Positions 19,221-31,166 are shown, counted from the stretch's first letter. The stretch is DNA of 64,000 nt from an uncultured delta proteobacterium (GCA_963815115.1 CAWFFN010000012.1:512001-576000); one strand, 5' to 3'. A program made the numbers and translations. The notes: a model not told the origin generated them from the sequence alone.

Positions 19221-21524
19221 GTGCCGCGCGGCCTCACCGCCTGCCTGCTCTCGATCGCTCTCGCCACGCCCGCCGCGGCGCGCTGCCCCGACTACTCGAA
19301 GCTCAAGAACGCCTACTTCGGCGACCTGCATTCCCACACCTCGTACTCGCTCGACGCCTTCAACTTCGGCACCCGGGCCGACCCTGCCCAGGCGTACGCG
19401 TTCGCCACGGGCGCTGCGGTGGACCTGACCCAGGGCTACGACGCGCGCGCCGGCGAGGTTCCTGGCCCGTTCGGGGTCACGATCAACTTCAGCGGGGGAC
19501 GGCTCGACTTCGGCGCCGTCACCGACCACAGCGAGTGGCTCGCGACCGACTACGGCTGCACGGTCGACGCCTCGAGCCCGTCCTGGGGGTCGCCCTACTG
19601 CGCGACGCTCCGCGCCCTCGAGGTGCCCGCGACCGGCCAGGAGCCCTGCCTCGGCTTCGCCGACCACCGTGGTAGCGGCTGCATGGCCGAGCAGACGACG
19701 GCCTGGGGGGCGGAGAGGCGGGCGACCGAGGCGGCCAACGACCCGTGCCGGTTCACGTCCTTCCACGCCTACGAGTGGACGTTCGGCCAGGGAGTGTTCA
19801 GGCGGCTCCTTCCAGCCACCCTGCACAAGAACGTCATCTTCAGGAACGCCAACGTGCCGTCCGTGCCGCTGGACTCGGTCAACTATCCGACCAGCCCGGC
19901 GCTCTGGGCAGCCCTCGCCGAGCAGTGCAACGACCGCAATGGCTGCGAGGCGCTCACCATACCGCACAACATGAACCAGAGCGCGGGGCTCGCCTTCGAC
20001 GTCAACGGATACACGGCGACCGATTTGAACCACATGATGAAGTTCCAGCGGCTGGCCGAGATCCACCAGCAGAAGGGGAACAGCGAGTGCAGCACCGATG
20101 CGCTCGACGGCGGTGCCGCCGTGGCATGCGACTTCGAGATGGCTCCGCTCCTCGACCCGGCCGACGCCCGCGGATTTGCGCGATCCGGGCTCGAGGAGGG
20201 CATCGCAAGCTTCGCCGCGCGGGGCTACGACCCCCAGCAATTCGGCTTCGTCGGCAGCACCGACACCCACGACGCCACCATGGGCAACGTCGGTTCGCGC
20301 ACCTGGCCGGGCAGTCTGGGCGCGATCGACAACACGCCGGTGCGGCGACTCCAGTGGAGTCCGCTCACGGTCAACCCGGGCGGCATGACCGGCATCTGGG
20401 CCGAGGAGAACACGCGCGACGCCCTGTGGGCGGCGCTCGAGCGTCGCGAGACCTTCGCGACCAGCGGCCCGAAGATCCGGGTCCGCTTCTACGAGTACAC
20501 CGGACCGGAGAACCCCTGTGCCGATCCGCGCTTCCCGCTGCGGATCGTGAAGCGCGGTGGGGTGCCGATGGGCGGCACGATGGCGTACCGTGGCAGGGCG
20601 CCGAGCTTCGTCGTCTACGCGTTGCAGGACGAGACGCCGCTCGAGTCGGTGGACCTCGTGAAGGCCAGCGTGGCGCACGGACACGCCGAGGAGAGGGTGT
20701 TCCCGCTTCCCTTGGGTGACGCGCCCTACTGCGTGACCTGGGCCGATCCCGCCTTCGGTCCGGCCGAGCCCGCCTTCTACTACGCGCGTGTGAAGGAGCG
20801 GCCCACCTGGCGCTGGTCGCACTACGACTGCGAGCGCCTGCGAGCGAGCGACCCGGACGGCTGGCGGAGGGTCGCGCCGGGCTGTGCCTCGGACGACCCG
20901 TCGAAGGGCGGGCTCGACTCGATGGTGCAGCAGCGAGCCTGGACGTCGTCGATCTGGTACCTCCCCGGTGGTCCGGTGACCGTGCAGGCGACGGCGCTCA
21001 CGCTGCGTGACGACACGGCGGCAGGGCAGCCGTCGAAGCGGCACTTCGTCTTCAGGTCGCGAACCCGCCGCGACGCCAGCGACCACCGGATCGCGGTCCC
21101 GAGGCCCGGCAGCATCGGAGATCCGACCGTGAGCGGCATCGGGGGCGGCGGCACGCTCACCGTGTTCAATCCCGAGAGCGGCGAGACCTTCACCGCCGCC
21201 CTCCCGGCCGCCGGATGGAAGCTCCGCGGGAGGGGGCGCTACGTCTTCGACGATCCGGGCGGTGCGGTCCGCAAGGTCGTCGTCTCCCGCGATCGCCTGT
21301 CGGTGACGGGCGGCGGCAGCGCCTTCGGATACAGTCTCGACGAGCCACGGCAGGGCGCCCTCGCCCTGCGGCTGCAGCTCGGCACTGCTCAGCCATGGTG
21401 CAGCGAGGCGCCGCCGACGACCGCCCGGAACGACTCGGTCGACCGGTTCATGGGCCGGCCCCGGACTCCGCCACCGGATCAATGTCCCGTCGTCGACCCG
21501 GTGCCGTCGGCGAGCCGCCGCTAG
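19221..21524 (+). CDS. DUF3604 (PHP-like metallohydrolase) secreted protein with an extra C-terminal domain
   Basis: YFGDLHSHTSYSLDA, VTDHSE, IPHNMNQS, GSTDTH, WAEENTRDALW, FATSGPKI, RAWTSSIWY. Confidence 0.9.
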   Translation: MPRGLTACLLSIALATPAAARCPDYSKLKNAYFGDLHSHTSYSLDAFNFGTRADPAQAYAFATGAAVDLTQGYDARAGEVPGPFGVTINFSGGRLDFGAVTDHSEWLATDYGCTVDASSPSWGSPYCATLRALEVPATGQEPCLGFADHRGSGCMAEQTTAWGAERRATEAANDPCRFTSFHAYEWTFGQGVFRRLLPATLHKNVIFRNANVPSVPLDSVNYPTSPALWAALAEQCNDRNGCEALTIPHNMNQSAGLAFDVNGYTATDLNHMMKFQRLAEIHQQKGNSECSTDALDGGAAVACDFEMAPLLDPADARGFARSGLEEGIASFAARGYDPQQFGFVGSTDTHDATMGNVGSRTWPGSLGAIDNTPVRRLQWSPLTVNPGGMTGIWAEENTRDALWAALERRETFATSGPKIRVRFYEYTGPENPCADPRFPLRIVKRGGVPMGGTMAYRGRAPSFVVYALQDETPLESVDLVKASVAHGHAEERVFPLPLGDAPYCVTWADPAFGPAEPAFYYARVKERPTWRWSHYDCERLRASDPDGWRRVAPGCASDDPSKGGLDSMVQQRAWTSSIWYLPGGPVTVQATALTLRDDTAAGQPSKRHFVFRSRTRRDASDHRIAVPRPGSIGDPTVSGIGGGGTLTVFNPESGETFTAALPAAGWKLRGRGRYVFDDPGGAVRKVVVSRDRLSVTGGGSAFGYSLDEPRQGALALRLQLGTAQPWCSEAPPTTARNDSVDRFMGRPRTPPPDQCPVVDPVPSASRR

Positions 21525-21660
21525 AGGTCATTCACGACATGGCGGCACGCGACCCTGCAAAACCTACACTCTGCATGTCCCGCGGAGCGACCGCACAAGC
21601 CACGCGGCCCACTCGCCGGGCCCACTTCTTGCACACCTGCAGTATCGGGAGGAACGAAGG

Positions 21661-22275
21661 ATGACCGCAGCGCGTGCGACCTATCAGCCCAGGAAGTTCG
21701 GCCTGAGCGGCCTGAAGGGGATCTCGGACAAGACGCTCGAGATGCACTTCAAGCTCTACGAGGGCTACGTGCAGCAGACCAACGTCCTCAACGAGCAGAT
21801 CGCGGAGATCCTGAAGGACGGCAAGATCGACCAGGACGAGATGCCGGCCTACTCGGAGATCACGCGGCGCCTCGGCTTCGAGTACAACGGCATGGTCCTG
21901 CACGAGTACTACTTCGAGAACCTCAAGCGGGGAGCGGATCCCGAGCCCGACACGATCTCGGACTTCCGGCGCGTGTGCGCCGAGAGCTTCGGAAGCTGGG
22001 AGACGTGGAAGACGGACTTCGTCGGCGTCGGCAAGATGCGAGGCGTCGGCTGGGCCATCTGCTACCAGGATCCGCACACCGGGCGGGTGTCGAATCACTG
22101 GATCACGCTGCACGAGGTCGGCAACGTGAGCGGCTTCCACCCGCTCCTCGTGATGGACGTCTGGGAGCACGCCTTCCTGCTCGACTACCCCCCGGCGCAG
22201 CGCCCGAAGTACATCGAGGCGTTCCTCGCGAACGTCGACTGGGAGGCGGTGGAGCAGCGACTCACCGCCGCCTGA
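21661..22275 (+). CDS. Fe/Mn superoxide dismutase family protein
   Basis: MHFKLYEGYV, NGMVLHEYYF, MDVWEHAF...YIEAFLANVDW. Confidence 0.9.
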   Translation: MTAARATYQPRKFGLSGLKGISDKTLEMHFKLYEGYVQQTNVLNEQIAEILKDGKIDQDEMPAYSEITRRLGFEYNGMVLHEYYFENLKRGADPEPDTISDFRRVCAESFGSWETWKTDFVGVGKMRGVGWAICYQDPHTGRVSNHWITLHEVGNVSGFHPLLVMDVWEHAFLLDYPPAQRPKYIEAFLANVDWEAVEQRLTAA

Positions 22276-22279
22276 GACG

Positions 22280-23917
22280 TCACGAGCCCCGAGCGCGCAA
22301 TCCGCGGTAGCGCTGGATGAGGGCGCGCGTCGATCCGTCGTGATGCGACAGGTCGGGCGCGCCGCTCGCCTGCAGCTCGGGAATGATGCGCTTCGCGAGC
22401 ACCTTGCCCAGCTCGACGCCCCACTGATCGAAGGAGTCGATGCCCCAGACCGTCCCCTGCGTGAAGACGCTGTGCTCGTAGAGCGCGACCAGCGTTCCCA
22501 GGATCGCCGGCGTGAGGGTCTCGGCGAGAATGACGCTCGAGGGCCGGTTGCCGTCGAACACGCGGTGCGGGACCAGCCAGTCGGGCGTGCCCTCGGCGCG
22601 CACCTCCTCCGCGGTCTTCCCGAAGGCGAGCGCCTCGGCCTGCGCGAACACGTTGGAGACCAGCAGGTCGTGATGGGTTCCGAGCGGATTCAGCGACCGG
22701 CAGAAGCCGATGAAGTCGCACGGGATGAGCTTCGTCCCCTGATGGATCAGCTGGTAGAACGAGTGCTGCCCGTTCGTGCCCGGCTCGCCCCAGAAGATCG
22801 GCCCGGTCTCGCACCCGACCGGCGTGCCGTCGAGCCGCACGTGCTTGCCGTTCGACTCCATGGTGAGCTGCTGGAGATACGCCGGGAAGCGTTTCAGGTA
22901 CTGGTCGTAGGGTAGGACGGCGACGGTCTGCGACCCGAAGAAGTTGTTGTACCAGACGGCGAGCAGCCCCATCAGCACGGGGAGGTTGCGATCGAAGGGC
23001 GCCGTGCGGAAGTGCTCGTCCATGGCGTGGAAGCCGGCCAGCATCTCGCGGAAGTGCTCGGGCCCGACGGCGAGCATGGTGGAGAGCCCGATGGCCGAGT
23101 CCATGGAGTAGCGGCCGCCGACCCAGTCCCAGAAGCCGAACATGTTCGCGGTGTCGATGCCGAACTTCGTCACCTCCTCGGCGTTCGTCGACACGGCGAC
23201 GAAGTGCTTCGCCACCGCCCGCTCGTCGCGCAGGGCCGCCAGGCTCCATTCGCGCGCGCTCCGCGCGTTGGTCATCGTCTCGAGCGTGGTGAAGGTCTTG
23301 GAGGAGACGACGAACAGCGTCTCCGCCGGATCGAGGTCGCGCGTCGCCTCGGCGAAGTCGGTGCCGTCCACGTTGGAGACGAAGCGAAAGGTCGTCTCCC
23401 GGGCGGAGTAGTGACGCAGGGCCTCGTAGGCCATGACCGGGCCGAGGTCCGATCCGCCGATGCCGATGTTGATCACGTTGCGGATGCGCTTGCCGGTGTG
23501 CCCGGTCCACGCGCCTCCGCGAACGCGGGTGGCGAAGTCCGTCATCCGATCGAGCACGGCGTGGACCTCGGGCACCACGTCCTTGCCGTCGACCTCGATC
23601 CGCTCGCCCCGGGGCGCCCGCAGGGCCACGTGCAGGACGGCGCGCTCCTCGGTGACGTTGATCTTCTCGCCGCGGAACATGGCGTCGATCCGGGCTCTCA
23701 GCTCCGACTCCTCGGCGAGACGGACGAGCAACCGGACGGTCTCTTCGCTCACCCGGTGCTTCGAGTAGTCGAGATAGAGCCCGCACGCCTCGACCGCGAA
23801 GCGTTCCCCGCGGCGCGCATCGTCGGCGAAGAGCTTTCGCAGGTGCACGTCACGGAGGGCAGCGTGGTGCGCTTCGAGCGCCTTCCAGGCCGGGCGCTCG
23901 GTGACAGGAGTGGCCAT
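22280..23917 (-). CDS. pgi: Glucose-6-phosphate isomerase
   Basis: [49 protein letters not shown]. Confidence 0.97.
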   Translation of the reverse strand: MATPVTERPAWKALEAHHAALRDVHLRKLFADDARRGERFAVEACGLYLDYSKHRVSEETVRLLVRLAEESELRARIDAMFRGEKINVTEERAVLHVALRAPRGERIEVDGKDVVPEVHAVLDRMTDFATRVRGGAWTGHTGKRIRNVINIGIGGSDLGPVMAYEALRHYSARETTFRFVSNVDGTDFAEATRDLDPAETLFVVSSKTFTTLETMTNARSAREWSLAALRDERAVAKHFVAVSTNAEEVTKFGIDTANMFGFWDWVGGRYSMDSAIGLSTMLAVGPEHFREMLAGFHAMDEHFRTAPFDRNLPVLMGLLAVWYNNFFGSQTVAVLPYDQYLKRFPAYLQQLTMESNGKHVRLDGTPVGCETGPIFWGEPGTNGQHSFYQLIHQGTKLIPCDFIGFCRSLNPLGTHHDLLVSNVFAQAEALAFGKTAEEVRAEGTPDWLVPHRVFDGNRPSSVILAETLTPAILGTLVALYEHSVFTQGTVWGIDSFDQWGVELGKVLAKRIIPELQASGAPDLSHHDGSTRALIQRYRGLRARGS

Positions 23918-23938
23918 CGGGACCTCCGCCGCCGTGCC

Positions 23939-25024
23939 TCAGCCGGCCTTCTTGAGCGCTTCGCCCTTCGTCGCGATCACGCCGAGGAGCTCCTTCCACG
24001 ACTTGACGAACGCCTCGGCGCCCTCCTTCTGGAGCTGCGCGGCGAGCGCCTCGTGGTCGATGCCGGCCGCGGCGAACCGCTCGAGCACCTGCTCGGCATC
24101 ACCGCCGTCGCGCGCGAGGATGTGCTTCACCTCACCGTGCTCCGCGAAGGCGCGCAGGGTCTCCTCGGGCATGGTGTTCACGGTGTGGGGCGCGGCGAGG
24201 GTCTCGACGTAGAGGACGTCGGAGGCCTCGGGATCCTTCGTCCCCGTGCTCGCCCAGAGCAGCCGCTGGGGGCGGGCGCCGGCGTTCGCCAGGCGCTCCC
24301 AGCGCGGCGAGTCGAGGAGCTCGCGGTACGAACGATAGGTACGGCGGGCGATCGCGATGCCCAACTGGTCGCGCAGCTCGGGCGGCGTCTTGCCCATCAC
24401 CGCCTTGTCCCAGCGGCTGATGAAGACCGAGGCGACCGAGCCCACGTCGAGCGGAAGGCCGGCGTCGAGGCGGCGTTCGAGGCCGCGGATGTAGGCCTCG
24501 GCGGCGGGGACGTAGTGCTCGCGCGAGAACAGCAGGGTCACGTTGATCGGGACGCCGGCGAAGATCGCCTCCTCGATGGCGGGCAGCCCTTCGGGTGTAC
24601 CGGGGATCTTGATGAACAGGTTCGGCTTGCCGGCCTGACCGTGGAGCGTCTTGGCGGCGGTGATGGTGCTCGCGGTGTCGTACGCGAGCAGGGGAGAGAC
24701 CTCGAGCGACACCCAGCCGTCGACGCCGTCGGTGCGCTCGTGAACCGGCCGGAAGAGATCCGCGGCCTGCGACAGATCCTGCAGCGCGAGCTCGAAGAAC
24801 AGGCTCTCGCCCGATTTGCCCGCGCTCATCATCTGCCGGAGGGCGTCGTCGTAGTCGGCGCTGCCCTTGATCGCCTGATCGAAGATGGTGGGATTCGAGG
24901 TGAGCCCCGTCACCGAGAGCTCGTCGCGGTAGTGGCGGAGCGTCCCGCTGGTGAGGAGCTTGCGCGTGATGTTGTCGAGCCACAGGCTCTGACCGAGCTC
25001 GTGCAGTCGCTGCGTCGGTTTCAT
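23939..25024 (-). CDS. tal: Transaldolase
   Basis: GQSLWLDNI, GLTSNPTIF, VSLEVSP, IKIPGT, NVTLLFS, RLLWASTGTK. Confidence 0.96.
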   Translation of the reverse strand: MKPTQRLHELGQSLWLDNITRKLLTSGTLRHYRDELSVTGLTSNPTIFDQAIKGSADYDDALRQMMSAGKSGESLFFELALQDLSQAADLFRPVHERTDGVDGWVSLEVSPLLAYDTASTITAAKTLHGQAGKPNLFIKIPGTPEGLPAIEEAIFAGVPINVTLLFSREHYVPAAEAYIRGLERRLDAGLPLDVGSVASVFISRWDKAVMGKTPPELRDQLGIAIARRTYRSYRELLDSPRWERLANAGARPQRLLWASTGTKDPEASDVLYVETLAAPHTVNTMPEETLRAFAEHGEVKHILARDGGDAEQVLERFAAAGIDHEALAAQLQKEGAEAFVKSWKELLGVIATKGEALKKAG

Positions 25025-25037
25025 GGTTCCTCCCTGA

Positions 25038-26417
25038 TCACACCGCGGTCGGCGACGGGTCGTCCCAGCGGCCGATGCCCGCGATGAGGTGTTCGGCTTC
25101 GGGCGGTCCCCACGTGCCGGGCGCGTACTCCCGGACCGGGGTGACCTTGCCCAGGATCGGGTCCACGATGCGCCACGACTCCTCGACCGCGTCCTCGCGG
25201 GAGAAGAGGGTGGCGTCACCGCGCGCGGCGTCGCCCAGCAGCCGCTCGTACGGCTCCATGTCGTCCGCCGTCTGCTTGTGGTTGGCGATCAGCTCGACGT
25301 ACTCGGTGCGATCGCTCCGGCCCGGCGCCTTGACGCGCGTGCCGAGCCCGATGACCACCTCGGGGCTGAGCCGGAAGCGGTAGTGATTGCCGTGGTCGGG
25401 ATCGACGTCGAAGAAGGCCGGTGGCCCCTTCAGCTCGACCATGACCTCGGTGGCCGTCACCGGGAGCGACTTCCCCGCCCGGACGAAGACCGGGATACCG
25501 CCCCAGCGCCAGTTCTCGATGTTGAAGCGCACCGCCGCGAAGGTCTCGACCTCGGAGTCCTTGGCCACCCCCGGTTCGTCACGATAGCCGCGGAACTGTC
25601 CCCGCACGATGTCCTCGGGACGAAGCGTGCGCACCGATTTGAGGAGCTTCGCTCGCTCGTCGCGGATGCACTCGGTGGTCAGGGCGGCGGGCGGCTCGCA
25701 GGTGAGGAGCGCGACGACCTGGAGCAGGTGGTTCTGGATCACGTCACGGATGGCGCCCGCCTCCTCGTAGAACTTCCCGCGTCCGGCGACGCCGAAGTTC
25801 TCGGCCATGGTGACCTCGATGTTCTGTACGTAGCGCCGGTTCCAGATCGGCTCGAGGAAGGAGTTCGCGAAGCGGAAGGTGACGATGTTGTTGACGGCTT
25901 CCTTGCCGAGGTAGTGATCGATGCGAAAGATCGCGCTCTCGGGGAAGCCGGAATGCAGGACCCGGTTGAGGTCCTGCGCGGACGCGAGGTCGTGCCCGAA
26001 CGGCTTCTCGATGACCACGCGCGCCCCCTGGCCGCTGCCCGACTTGGAGAGCTGCTCGACCACGGTCTCGAACATGCTCGGGGGAATGGCCAGGTAGTGC
26101 AAGGGATGCTTGGCGTCGCCCAGCGCCTGGCGCAGCGTCGTGAAGGTGGAGGGGTCGCCGTAGTCCCCGTCGATGTAGCGCAGGAGCCCGGTGAGCTTGC
26201 GGAAGGCGTCCGCATCGACGCCGCCGCCGAACTTCTCGAGGCTGTCGCGCGCGCGCGCCTTCAGCTTCTCCAGGTCCCACCCGGCCTTGGCCACGCCGAT
26301 GACCGGCATGTCCAGCGTACCGCGCCGGATCATCGCCTGCAGCGCCGGGAAGATCTTCTTGTGGGCCAGGTCGCCGGTGGCGCCGAAGAAGACGAGCGCG
26401 TCGGAGTCGTCCGCCAT
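25038..26417 (-). CDS. zwf: Glucose-6-phosphate 1-dehydrogenase
   Basis: FGATGDLA, IEKPFG, RIDHYLGKE, RDVIQNHLLQ, PYERLL. Confidence 0.97.
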   Translation of the reverse strand: MADDSDALVFFGATGDLAHKKIFPALQAMIRRGTLDMPVIGVAKAGWDLEKLKARARDSLEKFGGGVDADAFRKLTGLLRYIDGDYGDPSTFTTLRQALGDAKHPLHYLAIPPSMFETVVEQLSKSGSGQGARVVIEKPFGHDLASAQDLNRVLHSGFPESAIFRIDHYLGKEAVNNIVTFRFANSFLEPIWNRRYVQNIEVTMAENFGVAGRGKFYEEAGAIRDVIQNHLLQVVALLTCEPPAALTTECIRDERAKLLKSVRTLRPEDIVRGQFRGYRDEPGVAKDSEVETFAAVRFNIENWRWGGIPVFVRAGKSLPVTATEVMVELKGPPAFFDVDPDHGNHYRFRLSPEVVIGLGTRVKAPGRSDRTEYVELIANHKQTADDMEPYERLLGDAARGDATLFSREDAVEESWRIVDPILGKVTPVREYAPGTWGPPEAEHLIAGIGRWDDPSPTAV

Positions 26418-26421
26418 CGGT

Positions 26422-27435
26422 CTAGCCCGCCTTCTTCTCGAGGTGACCGCCGAACCCCAGCCGCATCGCCGACTGGATCTTCTCCGCGAAGTCGGCTTCG
26501 CCGCGCGAAGCGAAGCGGCCGTAGAGCGCCGCGCTCAGCACCGGCGCGGGCACCGACTCGTCGATCGCCGCCATGATGGTCCAGCGGCCCTCGCCGGAGT
26601 CGGAGACGCGGCCCGAGAACTCCGCGAGGTGCGGGCTCTTCGCCAGCGCGCCGGCCGACAGGTCGAGGAGCCACGAGGCGATCACGCTCCCGCGCCGCCA
26701 CACCTCGGCGATCTCGGCCAGGTCGAGATCATACTGGTAGTGCTCGGGGTTGCGCAGCGGGGTGGTCTCGGCGTCGACGTCGCGGCGCTGCTTCCCGGCG
26801 TTGGCTTGATGCAGGATGTTCAGACCCTCGGCATATGCCGCCATGAGCCCGTACTCGATTCCATTGTGCACCATCTTGACGAAGTGCCCAGCCCCCGACG
26901 GCCCGCAGTGCAGGTAGCCCTGGTCGGCGGTTCCCTTGCTCGTCCGGCCGGGCGTGGCGGGCGCCGCGTCCTTGCCGGGCGCGAGCGCCGCCAGGATGGG
27001 GTCGAGACGCTTCACTGCCGCCGGGTCGCCGCCGATCATCTGGCAGTAGCCGCGCTCCAGGCCCCACACGCCGCCGCTCGTCCCCACGTCGACGTAGTGG
27101 AGCCCCTTCGGGGCCAGCTCCTTCGCGCGCCGGATGTCGTCGTGGTAGTAGGAGTTGCCGCCGTCGACGACGCAGTCGTCACGCTCGAGCAGCGGCACGA
27201 GCTGCGCCAGCGTCTGGTCGACGATCGCCGCCGGGACCATCAGCCAGACGGCGCGCGGCTTGTCGAGCTTGCCGACGAGGTCCTCGAGCGACGTCGCGCC
27301 GACCGCTCCCTCCTTCACGAGGGCCTGGATGGCCTCGGGATGCACGTCGTAGACGACGCACTTGTGCCCGGCGCGCATCACGCGCAGGACCATGTTCGCG
27401 CCCATTCGCCCCAGTCCGATCATGCCGAGCTGCAT
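26422..27435 (-). CDS. gnd: 6-phosphogluconate dehydrogenase, short-chain decarboxylating type
   Basis: [52 protein letters not shown]. Confidence 0.96.
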   Translation of the reverse strand: MQLGMIGLGRMGANMVLRVMRAGHKCVVYDVHPEAIQALVKEGAVGATSLEDLVGKLDKPRAVWLMVPAAIVDQTLAQLVPLLERDDCVVDGGNSYYHDDIRRAKELAPKGLHYVDVGTSGGVWGLERGYCQMIGGDPAAVKRLDPILAALAPGKDAAPATPGRTSKGTADQGYLHCGPSGAGHFVKMVHNGIEYGLMAAYAEGLNILHQANAGKQRRDVDAETTPLRNPEHYQYDLDLAEIAEVWRRGSVIASWLLDLSAGALAKSPHLAEFSGRVSDSGEGRWTIMAAIDESVPAPVLSAALYGRFASRGEADFAEKIQSAMRLGFGGHLEKKAG

Positions 27436-27461
27436 CGACGAATCTCCTTCTCGACTCCGGC

Positions 27462-27860
27462 TCACCACCAGTAGGGACCCCAGAGTCCCCAGTCCATGGC
27501 GGCGTCCGCGTTCATCTGCGCGGTCACCATCTGCTCCTGCGCGACCTTCTGCTGCACTTGGAGCTGGCGGAAGCGCTGGTAGGCCCCCTCGTCGCCGACG
27601 TAGAGGCACTGGCACCCCTTCGGGTCCGCGAAAACGTACAGCAACTTGCCGTCGGAGGCCCGGGTGTGCGGCACGAGCTTGAGCGGGGTCAGCGTCTGCA
27701 AGTGCGCCACCCTGCTGGCGGTGTCGGCCGGCTTCATCTGGAAGCCCGCGGCGGCCAGGAGATTCTCCTTTTGCTTCGCCTGCTCCTCCCTCATGGCGGC
27801 GCAGCCGCCGAACGCGACGATCAGGGCGATGGCCACGACGTACCTCGTCATCTCCCGCAT
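27462..27860 (-). CDS. Hypothetical lipoprotein
   Basis: FGGC lipobox, [37 protein letters not shown] tail. Confidence 0.8.
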   Translation of the reverse strand: MREMTRYVVAIALIVAFGGCAAMREEQAKQKENLLAAAGFQMKPADTASRVAHLQTLTPLKLVPHTRASDGKLLYVFADPKGCQCLYVGDEGAYQRFRQLQVQQKVAQEQMVTAQMNADAAMDWGLWGPYWW

Positions 27861-28036
27861 GCAGGAACCCTCCAGTGGTGAGATGCTCAGCCAGCGCGAG
27901 CGATAGCCCGTGGCGACGCTCGTGACAAGGTCGGGGTCCACCAGCGAGATGGGGCCGCCGGCCGCGCCCCGGGCCGCCCCTTGCTACCATCGGACGCCTT
28001 GTGCGCGCCCGGCGAGCGCCGTAACTGGAGGCTGGA

Positions 28037-29203
28037 ATGCGCGTTGCCCTGCTCGCGGCGTGGCTCGCGATGGCTCGACTGGTCTCCGCCGCCTGTCTCG
28101 ACGACTGCCTGCGGCTCTACGGCGGCGCGGGCGAGGACTACGCCGCATGCGTGGAGGATTGCGGCGTGTGCGGCAACGGCGACGTGGAGGGTGACGAGGA
28201 GTGCGACGACGGCAACGTGGCGGGCGGCGACTGCTGCGATGCGACCTGTCGCCTCGAGCCCGCGGGAAGCCCGTGCGACGATGACGACGACGACCTCTGC
28301 ACCGGCGGCACGTGTGACGGCGACGGCGAGTGCGATTCCGGCGAGGAGCCGGCCACCGGCTGCCACGAGCCCGTCCGTGCGGGACGAGCGTCGCTGGTGA
28401 TGCGCGACCTCGACGACGACTCGAAGGACCTGCTCGACTGGAAGTGGCGGGGCGGCACCGGCACGGCCGACTTCGGCGATCCGTTCGCCACGACGACCTA
28501 CGCGCTCTGCCTGTACGACGACACCGGTCTGCTGGCGAGCGTGACGGTACCCGGGGGCGACGCGTGCCACGGCCACCCGTGCTGGACGGAGAAGCCGGAT
28601 GACTTCCACTTCCGCGACCGCGCGCGCGCGCCGGACGGAGCCGCGCAGGTGACCCTGCGGCAGTCCAGGCGCGCCGGCCGGGCGAGGATCCGCTTCGAGG
28701 CGGAGGGCGAGAATCTCGAGCTGCCCGATCTGAGCGCGCTCGAGTCGCCCCTGACGGTGCAGCTCCGACGCAGCGACAGCCCGGTGTGCTGGAGCGCGCA
28801 GTATACCTTCCCGCCGCGGAATCCGGCGGACACGACGCACTTCAAGGATCGTTCCGATCCCGGCGCGCGGACCACGTCCACCAGCACCAGCACGACCACC
28901 ACCACCAGCGCTGCGGGCGCCGGATCATCGACCACCTCGAGCACGCTCCCGGGGGCCACCGTCGAGGTCACCGTGCTCGACGCCTTCTCGTCGCCGGTCG
29001 AGGACGCCGAGGTCACGCTGACCTACGCGGACCAGAGCTCGCTGTCCGACCTCACCGATGCGGCCGGCGTCACGCGGTTCACCGGCCAGCCGATCGGCGT
29101 CCCGGCAACGGTGTCGGTCGAGGACGACGACGGCCGGGAAGGGGATGTGACCTCGCCTGGCTTCCAGGCCGGGACCAACCAGGTCACGGTGACCGTGCGC
29201 TAG
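28037..29203 (+). CDS. Secreted Cys-rich protein (DUF4215-like CGNG..EECDDGN repeat, uncharacterised beta domain, Thr linker, Ig-like tail)
   Basis: [27 protein letters not shown]; [11 protein letters not shown]...FGDP...LCLYD; [12 protein letters not shown]. Confidence 0.8.
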   Translation: MRVALLAAWLAMARLVSAACLDDCLRLYGGAGEDYAACVEDCGVCGNGDVEGDEECDDGNVAGGDCCDATCRLEPAGSPCDDDDDDLCTGGTCDGDGECDSGEEPATGCHEPVRAGRASLVMRDLDDDSKDLLDWKWRGGTGTADFGDPFATTTYALCLYDDTGLLASVTVPGGDACHGHPCWTEKPDDFHFRDRARAPDGAAQVTLRQSRRAGRARIRFEAEGENLELPDLSALESPLTVQLRRSDSPVCWSAQYTFPPRNPADTTHFKDRSDPGARTTSTSTSTTTTTSAAGAGSSTTSSTLPGATVEVTVLDAFSSPVEDAEVTLTYADQSSLSDLTDAAGVTRFTGQPIGVPATVSVEDDDGREGDVTSPGFQAGTNQVTVTVR

Positions 29204-29208
29204 CCCGC

Positions 29209-30651
29209 TCAGGGGGCCGGGTGGGGCGCGCCCGGGTCGCCGGCGAGGTGCTCGAGGGACTTCTGCTCGGCGTCCTCGGCGAGGACGGCCGCGGTCAGCC
29301 CGGCGACGATCATCATCGCCGCCGCGACGTTGGTGCCAGTGAACAGCGCGGGCCGGCTTCCGCTCTCGACGATCGCTCCGAAGATCACCGGAGCGGCGAT
29401 GCTCGCACCGGCGGCGACCGAGAAGAAGAGCGCGATGGCGATGCCCCGGATCTCGACGGGGAAGAGCTCGCTCACGGTCAGGTACGCCGAGCTGGCGGCG
29501 GACGATGCGACGAAGAACACCGCGCACCAGGCGAGCGTCTGGGTCGTCGCCGTGAGCCACCCGTTGACGAACGCCCAGCCGGTGAGCGTCAGCAGGACGC
29601 CGGAGAGGACGTAGGTGGTCGAGATCATCACGCGGCGCCCCACCGTGTCGAAGAGCCGGCCCAGGAGCGCAGGGCCGAGGAAGTTCCCGATGGCGAACGG
29701 GATCAGGTAGAGCCCGATCCGATCGGGGGGCACGCCGTAGAATCGGTGGAGCACCAGGCCGTAGCTGAAGAAGATCGCGTTGTAGAAGAACGCCTGGGCC
29801 ACCATGAGGACCAGCCCGAGCGCGGCCCGGCGGCGATGGCGCGAGAGGACCATGTGCGCGACGTAGCGGAAGCCGACCGCGCCGCTGACGCGGACCCGCA
29901 CCGGGGGCGGCTCGGGCTCCGGCGTCTCCGGACCTCGCACGACCTCCTCGATCTGCGTGGCCAGGGCGTCGGCCTCCGCGACCCGGCCGTGCATCACGAG
30001 CCAGCGCGGGCTCTCCGTGACGTCCCGGCGGACGCGCAGGATCGCCAGGCCGAGGATGGCGCCGAGCCCGAAGATGAGTCGCCAGCCGATGGCATGCGGC
30101 AGCAGCGCTTCGTTCAGTAGCACCACGGTGAGCGCGGCGCCCATCGCGACGCCGAGCCAGTAGCTGCCGTTCACCACCAGGTCCACGTGGCCGCGCACGC
30201 GGGCGGGCACCAACTCGTCGATGGCGGAGTTGATGGCGGCGTACTCCCCGCCGATGCCGGCGCCGGCGAAGAAGCGACAGACGGCGAAGAAGAGAAGGTC
30301 GGGTGAGGCGCCGGTCAGGGCCGTCGCGACCAGGTAGAGTCCGATCGTGACCAGGAAGAGGCGCTTGCGCCCGTAGCGGTCGGTGAGGTGACCGAAGATC
30401 AGCGCGCCCGCGACCTCGCCGGCCAGGTAGCAGCCGTTCGCGATCCCCACCTGACCCTCGGTGAGCCCGAGGGTGTCCGGCTTGGTCAGCACGGGTCCGG
30501 CGGCGCTGATCAGCGTCGCCTCGAGCCCGTCGAGCGTCCAGGTGATGCCGAGCGCCAGGATGACCCGCCGATGCCACGCCGACCACGGCAGGCGGTCGAG
30601 GCGTGGCGGAACCGTGGTGCTGACGATGGTGCCGACGGGCAGTTCTTCCAT
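29209..30651 (-). CDS. MFS transporter (sugar-porter-like)
   Basis: RLDRLPWS, LTDRYGRK, GIGGEYAAINSAIDELVPARVRG, SELFPVEIRG; about 12 hydrophobic segments. Confidence 0.93.
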   Translation of the reverse strand: MEELPVGTIVSTTVPPRLDRLPWSAWHRRVILALGITWTLDGLEATLISAAGPVLTKPDTLGLTEGQVGIANGCYLAGEVAGALIFGHLTDRYGRKRLFLVTIGLYLVATALTGASPDLLFFAVCRFFAGAGIGGEYAAINSAIDELVPARVRGHVDLVVNGSYWLGVAMGAALTVVLLNEALLPHAIGWRLIFGLGAILGLAILRVRRDVTESPRWLVMHGRVAEADALATQIEEVVRGPETPEPEPPPVRVRVSGAVGFRYVAHMVLSRHRRRAALGLVLMVAQAFFYNAIFFSYGLVLHRFYGVPPDRIGLYLIPFAIGNFLGPALLGRLFDTVGRRVMISTTYVLSGVLLTLTGWAFVNGWLTATTQTLAWCAVFFVASSAASSAYLTVSELFPVEIRGIAIALFFSVAAGASIAAPVIFGAIVESGSRPALFTGTNVAAAMMIVAGLTAAVLAEDAEQKSLEHLAGDPGAPHPAP

Positions 30652-30874
30652 CCGGGCTCGGCAGCCTTAGCCGAAGACGGGCGGGACTACCACGCGCAGA
30701 GTCACGCATCCGGCGTCGGGAGCCGTGCGCGCCGATCCAGAACAACCTGCAGTGCTGCGCGCCGTCGTCGCGGTGATGCGGGAACCGTATCTGCTGCGCC
30801 TCGGCGATTCCGGGCTCGCTGCGGAGCTGCGTCCCGGGCTTCCTGTGCATCCACTGATGGGGTCAGGGAAGCCG

Positions 30875-31166
30875 TCAGCTTCCGAGCAGGTGGACCAGCT
30901 TCCGCCGCCGTACCTTGCGCGCGGCCCGGGCGTCGGCGGTCAACCAGACGCCGTCACCCATCGCCGCCGCGGCGAGGTAGATGGCGTCATATCCGGTGAC
31001 CCCCCAGTCGCAGGCGAAGCGGCCGCTGTAGCGAGCACGTCGTGACCGTTCCCGATGCGGACCAGGCCGAGAGATCGATCAGCGCCAGCGCCACGCTCAC
31101 CTGATCGCCTGTGGCTCCCGGCAGGCGGGCGAGCACGAGGGATACGGACGCGTCGAGGACGATCAC
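30875..31166 (-). pseudogene. Degraded VapC-like PIN toxin
   Basis: GTG overlaps the antitoxin stop. MIVLDASV, LGLVRIGNGHDVLATAA and GVTGYDAIYLAAAAMGDGVWLTADARAARKV lie in three different frames within only 292 nt. Confidence 0.8.

Noticed and set aside
30725-31045. 106-aa plus-strand ORF
   Set aside because: It lies antisense to the PIN toxin remnant, which explains the region better.
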